The notes beneath the pieces are model-generated. The model did not search any database, was not told the DNA's origin, and saw only the letters and a list, made by a program, of their open reading frames with translations. This document shows, piece by piece, positions 30,682-39,510 of a stretch of 64,000 bases of DNA; positions within the stretch are counted from its first letter, which is position 1; each line of letters begins with the position of its first letter. The translations under genes and the position numbers were made by a program. The DNA comes from an uncultured Desulfurococcaceae archaeon (GTDB lineage: Archaea; Thermoproteota; Thermoprotei_A; Sulfolobales; Desulfurococcaceae): contig CAZVHC010000002.1 of the NCBI GenBank assembly GCA_964627005.1, forward strand, positions 13,619-77,618. Direction: 5' to 3'.

Positions 30682-31173
30682 TTGATGATGAAGTGGGCAG
30701 CCATGGACCCTATGTGGGATGAAGAACCTAGTCTCACACTGAAGCTTGCTAAAGGAACGATCATAGTACTTGATCTTGATAGGTTTAACGAGGTTATTAG
30801 GGAGAGGGGTTGGAGTGAGTATAGTCCTAACCCGGTCACTGGATTATTGTCAGAACTTGTTGAGAAACTAGCTATAAAGTGGCGTGGAGTAATAGTCTAT
30901 GGTCTTGACTGGGAGAGGGGTACTGAGGAAGCTATTATCGAGATACCCTATGTTCATCCAGAGGAGGTTAGGGAGGATCTTGAGGATATTAGGGAAACTG
31001 TTAGAGAATATGGGGTCACAATAACCATTGTAGCAGTGTATGATTATGTAGTTGCTAGACGGGCTAAGACACGTAGGGAGGCATACTATGGTTCACCCGG
31101 TAGGGCTAGGGCACTACGTATTCTTAGACAGCTCAAGAGAAGAGGCGGTGATATGGTTATGGTTATCGGATGA
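30682..31173 (+). CDS. Stand-alone GGDEF/nucleotidyl-cyclase (palm)-like domain protein, signature GTEEA
   Basis: TIIVLDLDRFNEVIRERGW aligns with the hhhhDhDxFKxhNDxxGH motif. ERGTEEAIIEIP aligns with R.GGDEFhhhhP. VTITIVAV and ARALRILRQLKRRGGDMV align with the GGDEF C-terminal AD.ALY.AK..GRN. Confidence 0.5.
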   Translation: MMMKWAAMDPMWDEEPSLTLKLAKGTIIVLDLDRFNEVIRERGWSEYSPNPVTGLLSELVEKLAIKWRGVIVYGLDWERGTEEAIIEIPYVHPEEVREDLEDIRETVREYGVTITIVAVYDYVVARRAKTRREAYYGSPGRARALRILRQLKRRGGDMVMVIG

Positions 31174-31178
31174 ACCCA

Positions 31179-31688
31179 TTACGTCTCACGTTTACTAATC
31201 CTTGCGATACCCCTGCCAAGTATTATATTTATGAGTAGCACAGTTGCAACTAATAACAATATGAATGAGGGTATTGCGAGGATCAGGTATGGACGGTATT
31301 CAATAGTATACCTTATCCTAGCTATAAGGCTACAATTATGTGGTTCTATGACTAATATGGTGTCTAAACCCTCAATCTCTATATCTGTAAGATTATCGTA
31401 GGGTTCAAGTATAAAACTAGTACTCGTACAAGTGTAATTCTTTAACGATTTAAACTTAATTAACGATACATTAACTGTACATGGGCATTTGGAGACAATG
31501 TCTAGAGATGCATTGTAGTCTATAACATCAATGGGGTACCCGTAGATAGAGTATATTGGTTCATAGACACCATTTGATAGATCTATTTCAATTTCATCAG
31601 TTCTATCCTCATATACTGTCTGAAGAGCAATAATTGATAATATGAATGACAACAATAAAATGATAGCTATTAGTGCAAGGATCCTCAA
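31179..31688 (-). CDS. Bitopic membrane protein with an extracytoplasmic Cys-containing beta-rich domain
   Basis: 169 aa with N- and C-terminal TM segments and several N-x-S/T sequons. The domain resembles the insertion in the adjacent OppB-like permease. Confidence 0.45.
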   Translation of the reverse strand: MRILALIAIILLLSFILSIIALQTVYEDRTDEIEIDLSNGVYEPIYSIYGYPIDVIDYNASLDIVSKCPCTVNVSLIKFKSLKNYTCTSTSFILEPYDNLTDIEIEGLDTILVIEPHNCSLIARIRYTIEYRPYLILAIPSFILLLVATVLLINIILGRGIARISKRET

Positions 31689-31831
31689 CTAGATCACCAT
31701 ACAACCACGATCTATTTAAACTCCCCCTAAACCACTCTAAATTACTATTTAACTCCTTATTTATACCTTAATACTGGCTGAATGGTTTAGACCCATCAAA
31801 TACCTTATTCAACGATCTATTATTAGTCTCC

Positions 31832-31858
31832 CAATAACTACAATAACTACAATAAATT
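31832..31858. repeat. Tandem 9-mer CAATAACTA (2 full copies plus a partial third)
   Basis: Read directly as CAATAACTACAATAACTACAATAAATT, in the divergent intergenic region upstream of the ABC permease gene. Confidence 0.9.
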
Positions 31859-31906
31859 AATTAACCAAAAATCTTATCTAAAACAATCACGTAGAATACG
31901 GGAGAG

Positions 31907-33271
31907 GTGGCTATAGTGGGTTATGGAAGGTATGTTGTCGTACGTGGGCTTAATGCTTTACTAGTATTGTTTATAGCAATACTTATTACTGTATCGGTAT
32001 TCTCAGTCCTTGAGAGGGTACAGTATGAGGAGGAGGCTAGGCAAAAGCTAATGCTCGAAATGATGGGTACACGCATTCCCCCTGCATACGAGTATCCCCC
32101 ACCTATTTCAAAAGTATTTGACACACCTGTAAACGGGTCTCTCAAAGACCTCTTTAGTATTGAGACAGCTAAAATTGATAGGATAAATGTTACTATAGTA
32201 AACATTAATTGCCCATCTCTAAATATATCATTGTTGACGTATGCTAAGAAAGAATTATACTACAATACAACAATTAATTCGGGGTCAAATAAAACCGTTC
32301 ATCCCAAGAACATTATAGATATAATTATTGTTGAGTCACCCCAGCCTGGGTGTAGGGTTAACATTACAGTAAAGTATAGGAAGGATATAACTGATCAAAA
32401 GCTTCAGGAGATTATGAAGAAGAGGTGGGATGCATATGTAAAACAATATGGCTTGGATGTCCCTCTATATATCAAGGTGTTCAGCTGGGTCTATAGGTCA
32501 TTAATTCTAGACTTTGGGGATGCTAGAGAGTCTTATCCAGCTTATGGTAATACTAAGAATGTTAGGGCACTGATACTTACAGCACTTGCAAGAACAGCCC
32601 TATTATTCACAACAGCTGAGATAATAGCATTAATAATAGGTATACTGCTTGGGCTCTTAGCGGCTTATAAGAGGGGAGGAATATTTGATAGATTTCTATC
32701 AGTATTCGCTCTAACAACCAATAGTATACCGATGTACTGGCTAGGAATGATCCTAATACTGTTCTTCTCATATACATTAGGGATATTCCCACCAAGATCA
32801 TGGGAGTATGTACCGGAGCATGTTAAAGCAAATACTTCAGCACTCATAGCATGGTATCTACACCACATGGCCTTGCCATTGATAACCATTGTATTCGTAG
32901 CTTTCGGAGGCATTGCATGGTATGCTAGAAACATAGCATTAAGTACATTCCAGGAGGACTTCATAATGGTTGCATGGGCTAAGGGTCTTCCAGAGAAAAC
33001 TGTGCTTTACAAGCATGTATTGAGAGCAATAAGCCCACCAATAGTCACAATGTCCTTATTCTCCGTAGTATCCTCATTCTTTGGAGCAATCATTAGTGAA
33101 GTAGTATTCCAGTGGCCTGGTATGGGTAGGCTATACTATTCAGCATTATCTAATACAGATACTCCCGTAGTACTTGGAGTCACCTATCTAACCATAATGG
33201 TCACCGTACTAACTAAGTACATACTTGATCTAATATATGGATTCCTAGATCCAAGAATCAAGACCGCCTAG
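31907..33271 (+). CDS. ABC transporter permease, Opp/Dpp family (OppB/DppB-like) with a large extracytoplasmic insertion
   Basis: The C-terminal 250 aa are a typical type-1 ABC TM domain ending YGFLDPRIK. An insertion of about 150 aa follows TM1. Confidence 0.85.
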   Translation: MAIVGYGRYVVVRGLNALLVLFIAILITVSVFSVLERVQYEEEARQKLMLEMMGTRIPPAYEYPPPISKVFDTPVNGSLKDLFSIETAKIDRINVTIVNINCPSLNISLLTYAKKELYYNTTINSGSNKTVHPKNIIDIIIVESPQPGCRVNITVKYRKDITDQKLQEIMKKRWDAYVKQYGLDVPLYIKVFSWVYRSLILDFGDARESYPAYGNTKNVRALILTALARTALLFTTAEIIALIIGILLGLLAAYKRGGIFDRFLSVFALTTNSIPMYWLGMILILFFSYTLGIFPPRSWEYVPEHVKANTSALIAWYLHHMALPLITIVFVAFGGIAWYARNIALSTFQEDFIMVAWAKGLPEKTVLYKHVLRAISPPIVTMSLFSVVSSFFGAIISEVVFQWPGMGRLYYSALSNTDTPVVLGVTYLTIMVTVLTKYILDLIYGFLDPRIKTA

Positions 33272-33276
33272 AGGAG

Positions 33277-34932
33277 GTGGTATATGTGTCTGGAGAGAAG
33301 AAGGTTGCTCCTCAAAAAAGTTTAAGGAAAACCTTGTCCTACAAGATACAGGCTCTAAGGGATTTCTGGAATGAGTATAAAAGGTTCAAGATAGGGATTG
33401 CTGGATTAGCATTACTGTTTATACTTATAGGTATGGCCATAGCAGCCAATATAGTTGTACCAGCTGATATAAGGGCTAACTGGGCTAGTAACCCAAGATG
33501 GGTCTATAACCCCAAGCAGGTTCCTCCATCCTGGATAAACATGTTCTCATCAGAAAAGTATTTGGAGCCGACAAACCTGGAGCCTGAGGAAACTGGTGAT
33601 TACTGGAGGGTATGTATTATTCAGAAGATAGAGGAGAATAAGGAACAGTTAGAGCAGTATCCTCCTGATGTAAGGAAGAAGTGGATTGAGTTCTTTGAGG
33701 AACAGTGTAAGATGCAGTTTAAGGGTAGAGGCTACTACTACGAGTACAGATTCGATCTTGAAGCTGATAAAGTTGGTAAGGAGATAATGATTATCATAAG
33801 GAATCTAGAGTTCAATGCAACGATAGAACTTGACATATACCGTCCAGACGGTATTAATCTAACTGGAATTAAGGTAGTAACTACTCTAAAACCAACTGAT
33901 GAATCAATACAGAAGCTCTCATTCAGTGAAAGCCTAGCTTCAGCCGTTATAGAGAACTTGATAGAACCCATAGACGGTGAAGATGCCGCCAGAGACCTTG
34001 AGGCAAAGATTAAGACGGGAAGAGCTATTTCACCAATACCATACATATTCATGAAAGCATTACCTGGAATATCCAATGCAACCACGGGCACTCTTAAGGG
34101 AGAGTATATCTTCAGAATATATGTTAAGGCAGTAGCTGTAGCTACAGGTAATGCTACAAATACTACTGCCACAAACATTACTGTATCAGAGTATGAGGAA
34201 CCAGAGATCATACTTAGATTCCCGGGTGCATGCTATGGATTACTAGGTACTGATGCAAAGGGTCGTGACAACCTTGTGACAATACTACTTGGTTCACAGC
34301 TAGCACTACTCCTAGGATTCACATACTCAATAGCAGCAGTGATCATAGGAGTAATCTATGGTGCTACAAGCGGTTATCTAAGAGGTAGTGGTAAGATGTG
34401 GGCTGATGAGGTACTACAGAGGATCAATGAAGTCATATACTCACTACCAGTACTACCATTCCTAATAATATTCTCATATTACCTTAGAATAGTCTATAAG
34501 ATACAGCCAAACATATTCCACATAGCAGCACTACTATTGATCTTCGGATGGTCAGGCGTAGCCATAGTCACGAGGAGTATGGCCTTATCGGTAATGGGGC
34601 AACCATACATAGAGTCAGCTATAGCACTTGGTGCTAGGGGTAGGAGGATACTATTCAAATACGTACTACCACAACTAGTACCATACGCTTTCGCAGCAAT
34701 AGCACTCAACATACCCGGAGCAATATTAATGGAGGCTGGGCTAAGCTTCCTAGGACTAACAGATCCAAACATGCCATCATGGGGTAGAATGATCTATGAA
34801 GCACAGAATGCTATCAAGGCATGGTGGTGGGTACTACCACCAGGTATTATGATAACTATAACAGCAGTAGCATTCGCCTTCATAGGAACTGCACTAGATA
34901 CAATAGTTAATCCAAAGCTAAAGGGTCGCTAG
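33277..34932 (+). CDS. ABC transporter permease, Opp/Dpp family (OppC/DppC-like) with an extracytoplasmic insertion of about 250 aa
   Basis: C-terminal TM domain (LLGTDAKGRD...; ends DTIVNPKLKGR). A long hydrophilic region follows TM1. Confidence 0.85.
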   Translation: MVYVSGEKKVAPQKSLRKTLSYKIQALRDFWNEYKRFKIGIAGLALLFILIGMAIAANIVVPADIRANWASNPRWVYNPKQVPPSWINMFSSEKYLEPTNLEPEETGDYWRVCIIQKIEENKEQLEQYPPDVRKKWIEFFEEQCKMQFKGRGYYYEYRFDLEADKVGKEIMIIIRNLEFNATIELDIYRPDGINLTGIKVVTTLKPTDESIQKLSFSESLASAVIENLIEPIDGEDAARDLEAKIKTGRAISPIPYIFMKALPGISNATTGTLKGEYIFRIYVKAVAVATGNATNTTATNITVSEYEEPEIILRFPGACYGLLGTDAKGRDNLVTILLGSQLALLLGFTYSIAAVIIGVIYGATSGYLRGSGKMWADEVLQRINEVIYSLPVLPFLIIFSYYLRIVYKIQPNIFHIAALLLIFGWSGVAIVTRSMALSVMGQPYIESAIALGARGRRILFKYVLPQLVPYAFAAIALNIPGAILMEAGLSFLGLTDPNMPSWGRMIYEAQNAIKAWWWVLPPGIMITITAVAFAFIGTALDTIVNPKLKGR

Positions 34933-34947
34933 TTATCTCCTCCATAG

Positions 34948-34960
34948 TTTTTAAGTTTTT
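34948..34960 (+). terminator. Two T5 tracts after the second permease gene
   Basis: TTTTTAAGTTTTT starts 16 nt after the stop codon. Confidence 0.35.
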
Positions 34961-35130
34961 ACATAAACTCCCATTATATACGCTTATCACCTACTTAATG
35001 CCCTATATACCCTTATTATAGTCTAGGATAGTATATATGGTATTATCTATGAATAAGTTTTGGCGGGTAAGTACTAAGAAAAAGGCTTAAATACTAACTA
35101 AGTAGAAGATTCTAGAAGGGTGCTAAGGTT

Positions 35131-38100
35131 ATGAGTAGCCATATCACTCGATATCTAATCATAGCCCCTATACTCTTACTAATAGCATTATCCATAATGC
35201 CTCCAGCAATAGTATTCGCCCAGAGACCAGGGCCACCCTCTAACAAGGTAATATATGATGTTGTAACCAAGAAAGAGGACGGTATACTAATGGTTGTTGA
35301 GGGAGAGGCAGACATCTTCTTCTGGCCCGTAAGTGGTTCAGACATAGAAGCCCTAGGACTAACAACTGAACAGCTAAAGAATGTAAGGCTTATACCACAG
35401 ACATCATCACTAGACGCTCTACTATTCAACCCGTATGTGGATGATAGTGAGCTAGGTAAGTATGGTGTAGCAACCTCAATAACAGATAATGTCACACACT
35501 TTAACCCATTCGGTCTAAGAAAGTTCAGATTTGCAATGAACTACCTAATAAGCAGAAAGTATATCACAGAAGAGATCATGCTTGGAGCAGCCAATCCACA
35601 GTACACTGTGATCGGTCCATCACACCCGGCATACCCACAGATCGAGCAGGCTATTAACGAGCTAGGACTAACACCTGAGGGAGACACGGCCAGGGCTATG
35701 CAGCTCATAAACGAGACATTCACATTCTGTCAGGAAGGACTACGTGCACATGGCTATGACCTATATAAGAAGTCTGATCCAGGTGCACCAGCTGGTTACT
35801 GGTGGGTATTCAAGAGACCAGATGGTACTGAGGAGGAGGTAACAGTAACGTTCCTCATAAGAGTTGAGGATGAGAGGAGGGAGATTGGTGACTATGTAGC
35901 TGGCCTACTAGAGCAGATCGGTATAAAGGTTAAGCGTGTCTACATAGAGAGGGGACAGGTATTCTCACTAGTATACGGTGCTGATCCTAGAGCTCTAGGC
36001 TGGCACATCTATACTGAGGGATGGGTATCAACAGCTGAGTCACCATGGATCGAGTGGGATATAGCATGGTACTATGCAGCATGGTTCTACGGTCTACTAC
36101 CAACATGGGCCAACCTATACTGGGGCTATACACCAGAACATGAGACAAGCCTATGGGGTGAGGACATACAGCAGTTCATAGAGGATGAGTCAATGAACCT
36201 AGTAACTGGTAAGTATACTGGTGACCAGTACTGGCAGATGGCCAGAGAACTGATCAAGGCAGGTATAAAGGAGAGTATAAGAGTATTCCTAACAGAGAAC
36301 GTACAGTTCTTCGTAGTCAACAAGCGTGTAGAGAACCTAGTCCCTGGTAAAAGCACTGGTTTATACTCACCATTCGTATTCAGGACGGCAACAACACTGG
36401 ACAAGACAATAAGAGTTGTACAGTACTCAGCCCAGGCAGCTCTATTTATGAGTGCATGGAACCCAGTAGGCGGTATGACCGACATCTATGCCACAAACAT
36501 CTGGAGATACGTACACGAGTATGGAGGCTACTACCATCCAACAACAGGTGAATACATACCAATGGGTACTACATGGGAAGTAGAATATGATGTCCCAGTA
36601 AACCCGGACAACATCTATGTCTACAAGGCTGGGTGGATGAAGCTTAGCGACTACCTAAACCAGTACCCTGATGACTGGAGAGCAGATGTATCAACAGCTA
36701 CTGTAAAGATAATCTACAACTACAAGCCAAGTGCATTCCATGATGGAGAGGATATGACCATATGGGATGTACTATTCGATATAGCATGGTATTGGGACTG
36801 GGCTACAAATGATACTGACGTAAGAGGTAATGATCCATGGTATCATCCCAACATAGAGTCAAGTATGGCACCAACATTCTCTGAGCTAATAGGTATTGAG
36901 ATAATCAATGAGACAGCAATCGCCATCTATGGTACCTACAAGCACCCAGTAAGTGAGGGCGAGACAGTAGCCTACTACATGTTCTACCCAACATGGAGCC
37001 CAGCAGTATGGATCGCTATGGAGTACTGTGTAATCAATGGAGGACCAGTAAGCGGTGCAGCCTACGGATGGTACGAGGGTGAAGCTGAGAGATACATAGA
37101 CGCCTTTGACAGTGAACACCTAGTAGACATCAAGGCGGCACTAGACCTTGTCCAGAGTGGCGAGTACTCACCACCATACATTACAGCAACCAATGAGCTT
37201 GCAGCAACATATGGATTGTCAACCAAGGACCTATCAGATGCAGCATCTAAGGCCAAGAACTTCATAGATACCTATGGACATGCAGTTATAAGCAATGGAC
37301 CATACTACATATCAGCCTACCTACCTGCTGAGCTACACCTAGAGCTATCAGCCTTTAGAGATTCAAGGTATCCATTTAATGAGGACTACTGGGTAGAGAA
37401 TCTACCATACCTAGAGCTAGAGCTCAAGGACATAGTGACAGGTAAGACCCTAATAGCTCCTGGAGACTCCATTAACGTCACCATATCAGTTGTTGACCAC
37501 ATGCTACAGCCTGAGGACAAGGAGCTACCACCAGGTGACATATGGGTTGCAGCATCACTACTATCACCAGCTGGTAAGGAGCTCTTCACTGTAGAAGGTG
37601 TAAGGATTAGTGATACAGAATGGTACATAGAAATACCCGGTAACATGACCGAGGGTCTACCGGATGGCTTCTACACACTACTAATAAAGATCGGTAGGTT
37701 CAAAGGACTAGCAGAGATAACTGAGGAGATACCGGTAAGTATAAACTCATGGATTAAGACAATAGGCGATATACAGACCCAGATCAGCCAGTTATCCGAC
37801 CAGATTAACCAGATCTCAGGCTCTGTTAACAGTAGCATTGCAGCAATTAGAGAGGAGCTAATGCAGCAGCTAGGTGAGGTAGCACAAGCACTAGCTGACT
37901 CATTAGACCAGCTAGGTAACACACTAAGTTCAGGATTAACGAACACCACTACAGTACTTAACCAGTCCCTAATGCCAATTGCACAGAGTCTAGATACTGT
38001 AAAGTCTGACGTAGGTACATTAAAGACAAAGGTCTCTGACATAAGTGATACTGTAGATGATCTAAAGTCCAAGACAGATGATGTAAAGAAGACAACGGAT

Positions 38101-38220
38101 GATCTAGCTAAGAAGATCGATGAATTAGCAGGTACTGTGGGCACTGTACAGACACTAGTAATTGTAGCCATAATCCTATCAATAATCTCAATAGCAGTAC
38201 CATTCATAAAGAAGAAGTAA
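35131..38220 (+). CDS. ABC transporter substrate-binding protein (family 5, peptide/oligosaccharide type) with coiled-coil stalk and C-terminal membrane anchor
   Basis: 1029 aa. N-terminal signal/TM, a large SBP_bac_5-like region, a heptad-rich low-complexity segment (QISQLSDQINQISGSVNSSIAAIREEL...DDLKSKTDDVKKTTDDLAKKIDEL), then a TM segment ending KKK. Confidence 0.75.
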   Translation: MSSHITRYLIIAPILLLIALSIMPPAIVFAQRPGPPSNKVIYDVVTKKEDGILMVVEGEADIFFWPVSGSDIEALGLTTEQLKNVRLIPQTSSLDALLFNPYVDDSELGKYGVATSITDNVTHFNPFGLRKFRFAMNYLISRKYITEEIMLGAANPQYTVIGPSHPAYPQIEQAINELGLTPEGDTARAMQLINETFTFCQEGLRAHGYDLYKKSDPGAPAGYWWVFKRPDGTEEEVTVTFLIRVEDERREIGDYVAGLLEQIGIKVKRVYIERGQVFSLVYGADPRALGWHIYTEGWVSTAESPWIEWDIAWYYAAWFYGLLPTWANLYWGYTPEHETSLWGEDIQQFIEDESMNLVTGKYTGDQYWQMARELIKAGIKESIRVFLTENVQFFVVNKRVENLVPGKSTGLYSPFVFRTATTLDKTIRVVQYSAQAALFMSAWNPVGGMTDIYATNIWRYVHEYGGYYHPTTGEYIPMGTTWEVEYDVPVNPDNIYVYKAGWMKLSDYLNQYPDDWRADVSTATVKIIYNYKPSAFHDGEDMTIWDVLFDIAWYWDWATNDTDVRGNDPWYHPNIESSMAPTFSELIGIEIINETAIAIYGTYKHPVSEGETVAYYMFYPTWSPAVWIAMEYCVINGGPVSGAAYGWYEGEAERYIDAFDSEHLVDIKAALDLVQSGEYSPPYITATNELAATYGLSTKDLSDAASKAKNFIDTYGHAVISNGPYYISAYLPAELHLELSAFRDSRYPFNEDYWVENLPYLELELKDIVTGKTLIAPGDSINVTISVVDHMLQPEDKELPPGDIWVAASLLSPAGKELFTVEGVRISDTEWYIEIPGNMTEGLPDGFYTLLIKIGRFKGLAEITEEIPVSINSWIKTIGDIQTQISQLSDQINQISGSVNSSIAAIREELMQQLGEVAQALADSLDQLGNTLSSGLTNTTTVLNQSLMPIAQSLDTVKSDVGTLKTKVSDISDTVDDLKSKTDDVKKTTDDLAKKIDELAGTVGTVQTLVIVAIILSIISIAVPFIKKK

Positions 38221-38233
38221 TGTATTACCTACA

Positions 38234-38259
38234 TTTTTAACAAAACCATAAGCTTTTTT
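38234..38259 (+). terminator. T5 and T6 tracts downstream of the binding-protein gene
   Basis: TTTTT at 38234-38238 and TTTTTT at 38254-38259, in the 55-bp convergent spacer. Confidence 0.4.
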
Positions 38260-38275
38260 CCTATATAAACATTAC

Positions 38276-39322
38276 CTATCTTCTAAAAAACCTCCCTATA
38301 AGAAGACAATCTTTATCCTCTACAATATCCAAGTAAACCCTATTATACAGAGAACCCCTATAACCAGTTATAGCGACAAGTAAACCCTTATCCTCAATAA
38401 CACCAAGATACTCCCCCCTAAGCCAGCCACGAGCCAATACATAGGCTTCAACAAAATCACCTCTCCTAACACTACATGGTACACGTGGTAGGTACCTCAT
38501 ACCAAACTCTTCCATAGAATACCTTAATCTAATACCTAATCGCCTCTCTAAATCCCTTAACCATCTCCAGAAACTCCTCCACGAAACCTGTTTTACACCA
38601 GGTACTCTACGCCCATATCTATGTTCATTGTATTTCTGCACAGTAACAGGAGGCCATCTCTTACCAGCACCGATCTTTACAGCCCATTCAATAACCCTAA
38701 CTATATCATTATCATTCACACCCGGGATCCATAATGGAGTTACATGGAGATCTATACTGGTCTCCCTAACTATATACTCTGCAGCCTTAACAACCCTTTC
38801 AGCATTAAACCATTCTACACCCTGTAAATATCTTGCCTTAACGGGATCCATGGTTTCTATACTAAGATTGATCCTATCTAGACCTGCCTTCTCAAGCCTT
38901 TTAACCAATGGTATTGTTAAGAGAGCACCATGAGTCTCTAATGCTACGCTCCTTATCCCCGGTATACCTTTAAGCATTCTAACTAGATCCTCTAGCCATG
39001 GATAAGTTAATGGATCACCTATAGTGTCAATTAACGCTTCAACACCATAGCCCTTAAACCTAACAACATACTCCATAGCATCCACAATAGCCTCAGGATC
39101 AACTATGAATTCAGCCCACCTATGTCTACTGAAGGGGCCTGCATCAACACTACAGAATATACAGTTCAATGGACATATTGTTGTAGGCCTAACCTGTATA
39201 ACGTTAGTACCACGATCTATTAGTCCAAACGCTATATAGCCTATCATGGGGGCTCCTTTACCGATATAATAGACAATCCTCCCATCCCTATACCTACCAA
39301 GTACTCTAACGGGATACTTCAT
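38276..39322 (-). CDS. Radical SAM protein of unknown specificity
   Basis: CPLNCIFCS (CxxxCxxC) cluster motif within a TIM-barrel-like region. The C-terminal roughly 90 aa look like a beta-barrel. Confidence 0.8.
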   Translation of the reverse strand: MKYPVRVLGRYRDGRIVYYIGKGAPMIGYIAFGLIDRGTNVIQVRPTTICPLNCIFCSVDAGPFSRHRWAEFIVDPEAIVDAMEYVVRFKGYGVEALIDTIGDPLTYPWLEDLVRMLKGIPGIRSVALETHGALLTIPLVKRLEKAGLDRINLSIETMDPVKARYLQGVEWFNAERVVKAAEYIVRETSIDLHVTPLWIPGVNDNDIVRVIEWAVKIGAGKRWPPVTVQKYNEHRYGRRVPGVKQVSWRSFWRWLRDLERRLGIRLRYSMEEFGMRYLPRVPCSVRRGDFVEAYVLARGWLRGEYLGVIEDKGLLVAITGYRGSLYNRVYLDIVEDKDCLLIGRFFRR

Positions 39323-39510
39323 GACTCATCAATGGACAATCTATACTGGTAAAGCAATATATAACGCTACTCTTAGGCTAAATAAGATTTGGAAAACTAT
39401 TAAATCTGTAGAATACAAGTATATGAAACCCCATCATAACAATATTTAAAATATAGTTCTGGTGTAGAAAATATAGGAATAATGTAGGGGTATCGGTCAA
39501 GTAGGGGATA

